Positions 18,508 to 27,202 of a DNA stretch of 40,380 nucleotides are shown one piece after another. The translations under genes were made by a program, and so were the position numbers. This stretch comes from an uncultured Collinsella sp. Lineage in GTDB: Bacteria; Actinomycetota; Coriobacteriia; Coriobacteriales; Coriobacteriaceae. Each line of letters starts with the position of its first letter. Position 1 is the first letter of the stretch. The notes beneath the pieces are model-generated. The model was not told where the DNA came from, did no database searches, and was given only the letters and a program-made list of their open reading frames with translations. The stretch lies in NCBI GenBank assembly GCA_900551975.1, contig URYA01000001.1:1-40380 (forward strand), in the 5' to 3' direction.

Positions 18508-18516
18508 GGAGCAAGT

Positions 18517-19197
18517 ATGCGGGTTTTGATCACGGGCGCTTCGGGCGGTATCGGAGCCGCGTGCGTGCAGCGCTTTTTGGATGAGGGCCACGAGGTCGTG
18601 GGCTTTGATCTGCTGTCGCCGGCTATCGAACACGAGCGCTACCGCCATCTGATCGTTGATGTCCGCGAGCCGGATTCGTTTCCAAGCGACCTTGAGCCTC
18701 AGGTAATCGTGAACGTTGCCGGTACGCAGGATTCGGCCGACGACATCGCCGGCAACCTGTGTGGCACCATCAACGTGACCGAGCGCTACGCCTTTGTGGG
18801 GGAGGGGCTCGCCGCCAAGCCTGCGCCGGCTATCAAATCCGTGGTCAATGTGGGGTCGGCGAGCGGACATACGGGATCGGAGTTTCCCGCCTATGCTGCC
18901 AGCAAGGGCGGCGTTATCGCCTACACCAAGAACCTTGCAAACCGTCTGGCGCCGCAGGCCATCGCCAACAGTGTGGACCCGGGTGGCGTTATCACGCCGC
19001 TCAACCGTTGCGTGATGGAAGACGAACACCTGTGGAGCCAGATTATGGAGCTCACGCCGCTTAAGCGCTGGGCCACTGCCCAAGAGATCGCCGAGTGGAT
19101 CTACTTTGTGGGCGTGACTAACCGGTTTATGACCGGGCAGAGTCTGTTGATCGATGGCGGCGAGGCCGGCCGCACGCAATTTATTTGGCCCGAATAG
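18517..19197 (+). CDS. SDR-family oxidoreductase
   Basis: TGASGGIG, NVAG, catalytic S and YAASK, TGQSLLIDGG. Confidence 0.93.
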   Translation: MRVLITGASGGIGAACVQRFLDEGHEVVGFDLLSPAIEHERYRHLIVDVREPDSFPSDLEPQVIVNVAGTQDSADDIAGNLCGTINVTERYAFVGEGLAAKPAPAIKSVVNVGSASGHTGSEFPAYAASKGGVIAYTKNLANRLAPQAIANSVDPGGVITPLNRCVMEDEHLWSQIMELTPLKRWATAQEIAEWIYFVGVTNRFMTGQSLLIDGGEAGRTQFIWPE

Positions 19198-19198
19198 G

Positions 19199-19234
19199 AA
19201 ACGCGCCCGATGGAATGCCGTCGGGCGCGTTTTT
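19199..19234 (+). terminator. Intrinsic terminator (likely bidirectional)
   Basis: AAACGCGCCCGATGG / CCGTCGGGCGCGTTT plus T tract. Confidence 0.8.
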
Positions 19235-19247
19235 GGTATATCGATTG

Positions 19248-19973
19248 TTAGTCGAGGCAAGTCCAGTTGACGGGGGTCGAGCCGTGCTGTTCGAGTAGCC
19301 GATTGGCAGCGGAGAAGGGGCGCGACCCCATAAAAGCGGGGAGTTCTGCTGTGGCACGGTTGGCCGAAAGCGGCGAGGGGTGCGTGGAGGCCAGGCAGAA
19401 CTTGTCGGTTGCCTTGCCCGCACCAGTTGCGACGAGCTTACCTTCGACCATCTGCTGGGCAAAGCGGCCCCATGCCAAAAAGACTACCGGCTGGGGCAGC
19501 TGGCAGCAGCGTTCGATAACGTAGTCGGTGAGCGTGCTCCAGCCCAGCTTGGCGTGCGAGTTCGCGGCATGCTCGCGCACGGTGAGCGTAGTGTTGAGAA
19601 GCAGGACGCCCTGTTGTGCCCATGGCGTTAGATCTCCTGTGGCGGGAATGGGGTAGCCCAAATCGGCATTGAGTTCCTTGTAGATGTTGCGCAGGCTCGG
19701 CGGCAACTTGGTTTGCGTCGCGGGAACCGAGAACGACAGCCCCATGGCCTGGTTGGGTCCGTGATAAGGGTCTTGACCCAAGATGACAACCTTGACCTGG
19801 TCGGCTGGCGTGTAGGCGAGGGCATTGAGGATGTCGTCTTGTGCCGGGTAGATGGTCTGCTCGGCACGCAAAAGGGCGATGCGCTCGAGCAGCTGGTTCG
19901 TAGTGTCACGTACCGGCTGCGGCGCATTGCCCAACCAAGTTGCTATGTTGAGGTCGCGGGTTACGGTGTCCAT
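19248..19973 (-). CDS. ung: Uracil-DNA glycosylase
   Basis: GQDPYH, GLSFSV, PPSLRNI, GVLLLN, HPSPLS. Confidence 0.97.
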   Translation of the reverse strand: MDTVTRDLNIATWLGNAPQPVRDTTNQLLERIALLRAEQTIYPAQDDILNALAYTPADQVKVVILGQDPYHGPNQAMGLSFSVPATQTKLPPSLRNIYKELNADLGYPIPATGDLTPWAQQGVLLLNTTLTVREHAANSHAKLGWSTLTDYVIERCCQLPQPVVFLAWGRFAQQMVEGKLVATGAGKATDKFCLASTHPSPLSANRATAELPAFMGSRPFSAANRLLEQHGSTPVNWTCLD

Positions 19974-20060
19974 GGGGCTCCTTTATGGCAGATGCTCTGT
20001 TGGCATCTATTGTAAAGGCGTCAGGAGACCTTTATGCCGCGGCTGTATGAAGAGCGGGGT

Positions 20061-20963
20061 CTACGAGGCGCGCTCGGGCGCTCCTGCCATACGAGCGTGT
20101 CCATGTGCGCGGAGGCGCGGAAGCTCGACGGTTGCCACCATGACGCCGGTGAGGATGAGGGCGGCGCCAAAGAAGGCGATGGGGCTCAGGACCTCGCCGA
20201 CCAGGAAGAACGAAAAGACAGCGGAGCAGACCGGCTCGAGCGAGAAGGCAAAGCCGGTGGTCTCGGCAGGCACGTGGGGCTGCGCGAGCGTCTGGGTGAT
20301 AAAGCCGTAGGCAGAGCAGATGAGTGCGAGTGCGACGACGACCACGACCTCGCCCGGCGTGCCGGGAAGCGTGAAACCGCCAAAGGTGAATGCGGCGATG
20401 CCCGAGAATAAGCCGCCGAAGCCCAGCTGCCAAACGCCCAGAGCAAGCGGATCGACTTCTTCGACAAAGCGCTTGGCCACGATAATGTGGCTGGCATAGA
20501 TAAAGGCCGAGAGCAGCATGATGATCGCACCGGGATTCAGGCTGGTGAAGTCGGCGCCCGAGAGCAGCAGCATGCCGCAGGTGACGATGGCGGTGCCGAC
20601 GAGCACTTTGCGCTCGGGGGCACGGCGCAGCAGGGCGGCGTTGGCAAACGGCACGATCACGACCGTCAGGCTCTGCAAAAAGCCGGCAGTGGAGGCAGAG
20701 GTGAGGCTGGAGCCCAGGCACATGAAGGTGAGTTCGGTTGCCATAATGGCGCCGATGATGGCGGCGCGGATCATAAGGTCGCGGTTGATGCGGAACGCGC
20801 GCTTGTGGAAGAGCAGCAGACAGGCCACAAAGGCGATGATGCAGCGCAGCGCGACGATACTCGTGGCGTTCATGCTGTCCATGCCGATCTTCATGAGGGG
20901 GTACGAAAAGCCCCATGCGACAGGAACGGAAAATGAGAGCGCGATTGCTTTTTTGCGATCCAT
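20061..20963 (-). CDS. DMT/EamA family transporter
   Basis: WGFSYP, SLEPV, two EamA repeats. Confidence 0.9.
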   Translation of the reverse strand: MDRKKAIALSFSVPVAWGFSYPLMKIGMDSMNATSIVALRCIIAFVACLLLFHKRAFRINRDLMIRAAIIGAIMATELTFMCLGSSLTSASTAGFLQSLTVVIVPFANAALLRRAPERKVLVGTAIVTCGMLLLSGADFTSLNPGAIIMLLSAFIYASHIIVAKRFVEEVDPLALGVWQLGFGGLFSGIAAFTFGGFTLPGTPGEVVVVVALALICSAYGFITQTLAQPHVPAETTGFAFSLEPVCSAVFSFFLVGEVLSPIAFFGAALILTGVMVATVELPRLRAHGHARMAGAPERAS

Positions 20964-21121
20964 GGGACTCCTTTTGTTACAGAACGGTTTCGTAAAAAGG
21001 ATTCTGCTCCCAGATATGGATGTAGTAAAGCGAATGTATCTTCAGTATGATTAAGAAATACTAATGTTGATAGAAAAAGCCATGGCAAAACGTTTTACAG
21101 CTACATCGATGTGGAGGCACG

Positions 21122-21988
21122 ATGGCATCGCGGTATCAGATTGTTTGTATGGTGGTCGACTGCGGCAGCCTTAAAGGTGCGGCGGACGAACTGGGCTATA
21201 CGCAAAGTGCGGTGAGCCAGGCCGTCAAAGCGCTCGAGCGCGAGCTGGGTACCACGCTTATCGAGCGCGGTAAGCAGGGCGTGTCGCTTACGCGCGACGG
21301 TAAACAATATCTGCCGTACCTGCGCCAGATCGTGACCGCCGAGGCCGAGCTCGAGGGCAAGCGCCAGGAGCTGCTGGGGCTTTCGTCGACCGATATTCGC
21401 ATCGCGACGTTTACCAACGTGAGTCGAACCGTGTTGCCGCGTGTGATCCGCGACTTTGGGGCGCTGCACCCGGGCGTACGCTTTACCCTCAAGCAGGGCG
21501 ATTACACGCGCAACGCTCAATGGGTGCACGACGGCGTAGTGGATTTTTGCTTTACGGCGCGCGGGTTTACCGCGGGGCTCGAGAAGCGCGTGGTCTATCA
21601 CGACGAGTTAGTGGCGCTGTTGCCTGTCGGACATCCGCTGACGGCAAAGGAAAAGGTGACGCTCGCCGATTTGGCGTCCGAGCCGTTTGTGCTGCTGGAT
21701 GAGGGCGAACAGAGCCTGGTGCTCGATGCATTCGCGGCGCATGGACTGTCGCCGCACGTGACGAGCGAGGTCACCGACGACTACACCATTATGGCGATGG
21801 TGGAGGAGGGCCTAGGAGTGAGCATGCTCTACCGTCGTACTGTGGAGGGCATGCGAGCCGATATTTGTGTGCGGCCCATCGTGCATGCTCCCTCGCGCGA
21901 CGTAGTGGCGGCCTGGCGCAGCTGGGATACCATGCCCATCGCCACGAGGCGCTTTATCGACTATATGAGCTCGCATATTGTCAATTAA
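21122..21988 (+). CDS. LysR-family regulator, divergent from DMT gene
   Basis: AADELGYTQSAVSQAVKALERELG; MVEEGLGVS. Confidence 0.95.
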   Translation: MASRYQIVCMVVDCGSLKGAADELGYTQSAVSQAVKALERELGTTLIERGKQGVSLTRDGKQYLPYLRQIVTAEAELEGKRQELLGLSSTDIRIATFTNVSRTVLPRVIRDFGALHPGVRFTLKQGDYTRNAQWVHDGVVDFCFTARGFTAGLEKRVVYHDELVALLPVGHPLTAKEKVTLADLASEPFVLLDEGEQSLVLDAFAAHGLSPHVTSEVTDDYTIMAMVEEGLGVSMLYRRTVEGMRADICVRPIVHAPSRDVVAAWRSWDTMPIATRRFIDYMSSHIVN

Positions 21989-22015
21989 TGACTGGCGTGG
22001 CGTTGAGTGCGGTGT

Positions 22016-23398
22016 TTAGCGGGCTGTCGCTTTGGCTTGGGTGGTGCGATAGGTGCGCGCCGGGTGGCAGAGTAGTACCGCCACGACCATAAAGAATGCC
22101 GTGGTGCCCAGGCTGATGGGGTAGACCATCATGATGTTCGCAAAGGTGCGGAAGTGCGGGAACACGCAGAACACCCAATAGAAGCGGATGCCGCAGACGC
22201 AGATCATGGTGATGAGGGCGGGCGTGAGCGAGATACCAAAGCCGCGCAGGTAGCCGGACATGTTTTCGTAGAACATGCTAAAGGCGTACGCCGGGAAGAT
22301 CGAACACACGCGGATATAGCCGATCGAGACGATGTTGGGATCGCTGTTAAAGAGCGATAGGATCTCGCGTCCCAGGCCGACAATAACGATGATCGTGGTG
22401 AGTGCAACGATACCGCCTTCGACCAGGCAGACCTTAAGCGTCTTGGTGCAGCGGTCGATCTGGCGGGCGCCGTGGTTTTGTCCCACAAAGGTGGTGCAAG
22501 CTTGGCTAAAGCTGTTGAGCAGGTTGTAGCACACGTACTCCAGGCTCATGGCGGCGCTCGATGCCGCCATGACCTCGGTGCCCAGGCTGTTGATGGCAGA
22601 CTGGATGATGATGTTGGCGACGGCAAACACGGCGCTTTGGATGCCGGCGGGCAGGCCGATCTTGACGATGCGCTTGAGGGCGACGGGGTCGATAGCCAGG
22701 TCGCGAAGGGTGACGCGGACGACGGAGTCGGTCTTGAGCAGGCGGATAAAGAGCGTGGCGGCGCTGACAGTGTAGGCGATAGCGGTGGCGATGGCGACGC
22801 CCGCGACGCCCCAGTGGAGTACGGGGACAAAGATGAGATCCAGGCCAATGTTGAGGACGGTGGACACGGCAAGCGCCTGCAGCGGCATGCGGGTGATGCC
22901 GACGGAGCGGAAGATCGCGGCCTCAAAGTTGTAGAGCAAGATCGATGGCAGGCTGAGCAAAAAGACGCGCAGGTAGAGCGAAGCGAGCGGCATGGTCTCG
23001 GCAGGCACGTTGAGCGCAGCGAGCATGGGTTCGGCAAAGACCTCGCCCAGAGCGATGACGACAAAGCCCACGAGCGCCATTAAAATCGAGGTATGGACGG
23101 CGCGTTTGACCATGTTCTGATCGTTGCGGCCGATAGCGTTGGCGATGACCACGTTGGAGCCAAGCGACATGCCAATAAACAGGTTGAGCATAAGACTGGT
23201 AAGCGGAACATTGGAGCCGACCGCCGCCATGGCGAGGGTTCCCTGGTCGCCCGAGAAGTTACCGATAATGACCGTGGCGATGAGGTTCGACAGCTGCTCC
23301 AAGATGCTCGTGGCGGCCACGGGGAAGGCGAACAGGGGAATATTGCGCCACAGCGAGCCGGTGGTCATGTCAATGTGCTTAGATGCGGTATCAGCCAT
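22016..23398 (-). CDS. MATE family efflux transporter
   Basis: DMTTG, LNIGLDLIF, GVAGVAIAT, VGQNHGA. Confidence 0.93.
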   Translation of the reverse strand: MADTASKHIDMTTGSLWRNIPLFAFPVAATSILEQLSNLIATVIIGNFSGDQGTLAMAAVGSNVPLTSLMLNLFIGMSLGSNVVIANAIGRNDQNMVKRAVHTSILMALVGFVVIALGEVFAEPMLAALNVPAETMPLASLYLRVFLLSLPSILLYNFEAAIFRSVGITRMPLQALAVSTVLNIGLDLIFVPVLHWGVAGVAIATAIAYTVSAATLFIRLLKTDSVVRVTLRDLAIDPVALKRIVKIGLPAGIQSAVFAVANIIIQSAINSLGTEVMAASSAAMSLEYVCYNLLNSFSQACTTFVGQNHGARQIDRCTKTLKVCLVEGGIVALTTIIVIVGLGREILSLFNSDPNIVSIGYIRVCSIFPAYAFSMFYENMSGYLRGFGISLTPALITMICVCGIRFYWVFCVFPHFRTFANIMMVYPISLGTTAFFMVVAVLLCHPARTYRTTQAKATAR

Positions 23399-23462
23399 AC
23401 GCTCTCAATCTCTAATATGCTCTTTCGTGCTTATTTGCGCAGACGATGCTACTCCTAATCGA

Positions 23463-23493
23463 CTAGTCATTCAAGAACGTCCCCAATGACTAG
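23463..23493 (-). repeat. GGGAC-core hairpin family
   Basis: - strand CTAGTCATT-GGGGACGTTCTTG-AATGACTAG. Confidence 0.7.
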
Positions 23494-23549
23494 GTGGGGA
23501 AGGCGTGCGACAATGATGTGCGTTGTGTTGTTCGCGCTAAGGAGTTGCC

Positions 23550-24365
23550 ATGTTGTTGTGTCCCGTTTGCCATGAGCCGTTGGTGGACAATGAGCGCGGT
23601 GCTGCATGCGCGAGCGGACACCGGTTTGACCGTGCGCGCGAGGGCTATCTATATCTCCTGCGCTCGTCCAAGAGCGGCGACTCCATGGGCGATCCCAAGT
23701 CGCAGGCACGCAGCCGTCGTGACTTTCTGAACCGTGGATACTACGCACCGTTGCGCGATGCGATGGTCGAGCTGGTGCGCAAGCAGGTGTCTGGGCGTGC
23801 TGCGTCTACGAGCGACCCCATGACGCTGCTCGATATTTGCTGCGGCGAGGGCTATTACACGAGTGCCATGGGCGCGGTGCCGGGCGTGGACGCTTACGGG
23901 TTCGACTTGGGCAAAGAGATGGTGCGCCTGGCCGCCAAGCGCGGCGATGCGACCTATTTTGTGGCCAACATGAAGGATATCCCCGTGGCCGATGGCGCCT
24001 TCGATATGGTGACCGAGCTCTTCGCTCCCTTTAACGAGCGTGAGTTTGCCCGCGTACTGGCGCCAGAGGGCTCACTCTATACCGTGGTACCGGGTGCTCG
24101 TCATCTCTTTGGGCTCAAAGAGGTGCTCTACGACACGCCGTACCTTAATGATGAGAAGCTGCCGCAGGTCACCGAGCTTAAACTGGTCGGAACGCAGCGG
24201 GTATCTGCGAATATTACGCTCCAGACCCAGGCCGACATCGAGGCGGTGTTCCAGATGACGCCGTACTACTACCGCACGCGCCCTGCCGACAAAGAGCGCC
24301 TGGCAAACCTCGATACCCTTCAGACTGACATCGACTTCATCATCGCCGAGTACCGCCACAGCTAA
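23550..24365 (+). CDS. rlmA: RlmA-like 23S rRNA m1G methyltransferase
   Basis: CPVC...C-H zinc finger, RRDFLNRGYYAPL, LDICCGEGYY, MTPYY. Confidence 0.85.
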   Translation: MLLCPVCHEPLVDNERGAACASGHRFDRAREGYLYLLRSSKSGDSMGDPKSQARSRRDFLNRGYYAPLRDAMVELVRKQVSGRAASTSDPMTLLDICCGEGYYTSAMGAVPGVDAYGFDLGKEMVRLAAKRGDATYFVANMKDIPVADGAFDMVTELFAPFNEREFARVLAPEGSLYTVVPGARHLFGLKEVLYDTPYLNDEKLPQVTELKLVGTQRVSANITLQTQADIEAVFQMTPYYYRTRPADKERLANLDTLQTDIDFIIAEYRHS

Positions 24366-24366
24366 C

Positions 24367-24403
24367 AACCTGCCAAAAAGGGACAGGTTTATTTTGGTAG
24401 GTT
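24367..24403 (+). repeat. GGGAC-core hairpin family
   Basis: AACCTGCCAAAA-AGGGACAGGTTTA-TTTTGGTAGGTT. Confidence 0.8.
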
Positions 24404-24419
24404 TTATCTGGGCAAACGT

Positions 24420-24457
24420 AAAGGGCCGACCGCGGAGATGCGCGATCGGCCCTTTTT
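24420..24457. terminator. Intrinsic terminator
   Basis: AAAGGGCCGA...TCGGCCCTTTTT between convergent genes. Confidence 0.7.
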
Positions 24458-24493
24458 AGTTGCTTGGCTGCAGAGGTTATGAGAAGCGAGCGC

Positions 24494-24895
24494 TTATAGG
24501 CGGTCCTTGTTCTCGGCCTTAACGGCGTGTGCCTGCTGAACAAAGAACAGGTCGTACACCACGATGACAAAGGCGCCAAAGTTGATGGCGTCGCCGCCAA
24601 ACGCGGGAAGCGTGAGCACCGCTTGGGCAAGCGTGGCGACCGCGGCAACAATACCGAGCTTAAACGCGCCGTCCACCTGCGAAGGCTTGTTGGCGCCCTT
24701 GATACCGGCGACGCCTGCGGCAAGGTCGACGAGACCCTTGGCGATAAGCACGACCGCTGCGAGCGTGGCGTACGAACCGTACGTGGAATCGAGACCGCCC
24801 GTGGCGATACCGACGCCGGCGGTGACGAGGCTGGCGATGCCCAAAACAAAGTAGATGAGAGCAAGGATTTTGAGAGTCTTGCGAGTGAAGCTCAT
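24494..24895 (-). CDS. Hypothetical four-TM membrane protein
   Basis: Hydrophobic segments, host-like codon usage, AAAGGA SD. Confidence 0.8.
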   Translation of the reverse strand: MSFTRKTLKILALIYFVLGIASLVTAGVGIATGGLDSTYGSYATLAAVVLIAKGLVDLAAGVAGIKGANKPSQVDGAFKLGIVAAVATLAQAVLTLPAFGGDAINFGAFVIVVYDLFFVQQAHAVKAENKDRL

Positions 24896-25124
24896 AGCTG
24901 GTCCTTTCGATGCGGGCGCGGAGAATCTGTCGCGCCCAGGTTACGGCACATATCGTGAAGCACATTGTAGTTCAACGGGACGATGCATGCGTTTGAAAGC
25001 GTCTCTTGCCTGTACGGTCCAACCTTTCAAAAAGGAAAGCTGGACGTAAGCCAAATCGATGGCAGCCCATGTGCGGCGCTGCGATGATGAGGCCGTAACA
25101 AGGAGCTGGTCTCAAGGAGGAGCC

Positions 25125-25268
25125 ATGATGTACGGAACAGGGCAAGTGCGTGAGCCGCGGTCGTTGGGAAGGCGCATGGGCGATTCTGTGATCGCTGCCG
25201 TGTGCACGGGATTGATGGCGGTGCTTTGCATTGCGATGCTGTGGACCATGTCGCATGTGGGACAATAG
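25125..25268 (+). CDS. Small (47 aa) single-TM protein
   Basis: AAGGAGGAG SD directly upstream; C-terminal hydrophobic helix. Confidence 0.55.
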   Translation: MMYGTGQVREPRSLGRRMGDSVIAAVCTGLMAVLCIAMLWTMSHVGQ

Positions 25269-25332
25269 CGGACGGTTGGGTGCTGGCATAAACGGCGCCC
25301 CGCGTATTCGTTTTGCTTGTTAAGGAGTGTCC

Positions 25333-26037
25333 ATGGGCGTCGTCGATCCCTTTTCTGTTGCTCGGGCCGCGGGGCTCGAGCTCGTGCGGAAGTCCGAGGG
25401 CCTCACGCTCACCGACGGCACGATGGAGCTGCGCGCCGATTTTGACCGCATGCTTCCGCGGCTCAAGCAGGGCCGTCTGCAGCAAGAGCTGTTGGTAAAG
25501 GCTGCGCGCGCAAAAGGCATCGAGAGCCCATGGGCGATTGATGCCACGGCAGGCTTTGGCGAGGATTCGCTGCTGTTGGCGGCCGCGGGCTTTACCGTCG
25601 ATCTGTATGAGCAGGATTGCGTGATTGCGGCGTTGCTTCAAGACGCCTTGGAGCGCGCGGCGGATGATCCGGCGCTTGCGGTTGCCGTGGCTCGCATGCG
25701 CCTTCATTCGGGCGAGGACAGCATTGCCGGCCTTCGCCATACAGCTGAGCTGATCGGGCAGGGCGAGCTCGCCGCTCCCGACGCGGTGTATCTGGATCCC
25801 ATGTTTCCCGAGCGCACCAAGAGTGCGGCGGTGAAAAAGAAGTTCCAACTCCTGCACCATTTGGAACAGCCGTGTGCCGATGAGGAATCGCTGGTCGAGG
25901 CGGCGCTTGCTGTGCATCCGCGCAAGGTCGTTATCAAGCGGCCGGTGAAGGGCCCGCTGCTTGCCGGAGTTAAGCCGAGCTATCAACTTGCGGGCAAGGC
26001 CGTTCGTTACGATGTTTTGGTGCCGCCGCGCCCGTAG
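25333..26037 (+). CDS. rsmJ: RsmJ-like 16S rRNA m2G1516 methyltransferase
   Basis: DATAGFGEDS, YLDPMFP, KVVIKRP, RYDV. Confidence 0.85.
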   Translation: MGVVDPFSVARAAGLELVRKSEGLTLTDGTMELRADFDRMLPRLKQGRLQQELLVKAARAKGIESPWAIDATAGFGEDSLLLAAAGFTVDLYEQDCVIAALLQDALERAADDPALAVAVARMRLHSGEDSIAGLRHTAELIGQGELAAPDAVYLDPMFPERTKSAAVKKKFQLLHHLEQPCADEESLVEAALAVHPRKVVIKRPVKGPLLAGVKPSYQLAGKAVRYDVLVPPRP

Positions 26038-26085
26038 CTTGCGCGCGATGGTTGGCGCTCCGTCAGTGCCGTGCCGATGCGAGGC

Positions 26086-26382
26086 CTATTTCCAAGGATG
26101 CGACGTCAGGTGCCAGCCGCCGCAGTATTCGCATTTGTAGCAGGCCAAACCACGCCGCCCGCGGTTTTCGCAGTCGGCCATAACGGCCTCGGCCTCGGCG
26201 CGCGTGTCGTAACGGTTTTTGCGTTCGCACGACTTGTAGCGCCAGGCTTCATCGCGCTCGGCGTCCAGGGCGTCGCGGAGCTCATTCTCGCGCGCAAACA
26301 GGTCGCTCATATCGCCGCCCGTGGCAGCGCCTAAAAACTCGCTTTTGGCTTTTGACCAAGCGGCTCGCTTTTTGCTCCCCAT
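26086..26382 (-). CDS. Hypothetical protein with C-terminal CxxC-GGWH zinc-ribbon-like motif
   Basis: SCERKNRY...YKCEYCGGWHLTS; GAGAGG upstream. Confidence 0.75.
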   Translation of the reverse strand: MGSKKRAAWSKAKSEFLGAATGGDMSDLFARENELRDALDAERDEAWRYKSCERKNRYDTRAEAEAVMADCENRGRRGLACYKCEYCGGWHLTSHPWK

Positions 26383-26456
26383 CTGCTTCGTGCCCCTCTC
26401 CAAACGCTGGTATCATTGCCCAATCAAAGTGATACCAATAAACGTGAGGTCGCCGC

Positions 26457-26948
26457 GTGATGATCAGAAAAACCCTCGATACCGACATTCCCGCCGTCAT
26501 GGCTATCTATGACGCGGCCCGCGCCTTTATGCGCGCGCACGGTAATGCTACGCAGTGGCCGGGGGGTAAGCCGTCGGTCGAGCAGCTGGCTGCCGATATC
26601 GCTGCCGGAGGCAGTTATGTGTTCGAAGTCAACGGCCGCGTGGTGGCGACGTTTGCCTTTTTACCGGGTCCGGACGAGTGCTATGACGTAATTGAGGACG
26701 GTCAATGGCATAGCGACACTCCGTACGCCGTGCTGCACCGCGTGGCATCCGACGGCACCGTGCACGGTATCGCGGCTGCGATGTTTGCCTTTGCCAAGGA
26801 GCGCGCCGATCACCTGCGTATCGACACGCATCAGGACAACCTGCCCATGCAGGGTGCGAGCATCAAGGCGGGGTTTGAGCGCGCCGGCGTCGTGTATGTG
26901 TCAGACGGCACGCCGCGTGTTGCGTTTGACTGGCTGCGCGAGGCATAA
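26457..26948 (+). CDS. GNAT-family N-acetyltransferase
   Basis: GNATQW, YAVLHRVAS, LRIDTHQDNLPMQ, GF. Confidence 0.88.
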   Translation: MMIRKTLDTDIPAVMAIYDAARAFMRAHGNATQWPGGKPSVEQLAADIAAGGSYVFEVNGRVVATFAFLPGPDECYDVIEDGQWHSDTPYAVLHRVASDGTVHGIAAAMFAFAKERADHLRIDTHQDNLPMQGASIKAGFERAGVVYVSDGTPRVAFDWLREA

Positions 26949-26975
26949 GAGCGGAGACGCGTATCAACAATTCGC

Positions 26976-27087
26976 GCGAACGAAAATGGCCCTGGGCGGG
27001 GTCATTTTCGTTCGCTGTGCTGTTTTGAAAGCCGGCTTTCGCAAGGCGCGAACCTACGAAAATCGCCGCGCGGCAACGCGGGGCGAT
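26976..27087. repeat. Cluster of intergenic palindromes
   Basis: 17-bp stem 26976-27015, perfect palindrome GAAAGCCGGCTTTC 27027-27040, stem 27062-27087. Confidence 0.6.
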
Positions 27088-27202
27088 GAGCTCGGTCGGG
27101 GGATAGGGCCCGCTTCGCCCGCCGGCCCGTAAATTGTATCATCCAGTGTGGAACGAGGGTGCCCGTTGCCGCGTGCGATGGGCTTGCAATAAGAGGAGAG
27201 CC

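Noticed and set aside
21050..21065. LysR T-N11-A box
   Set aside because: ATTAAGAAATACTAAT fits, but the pattern is too degenerate in AT-rich DNA to call.
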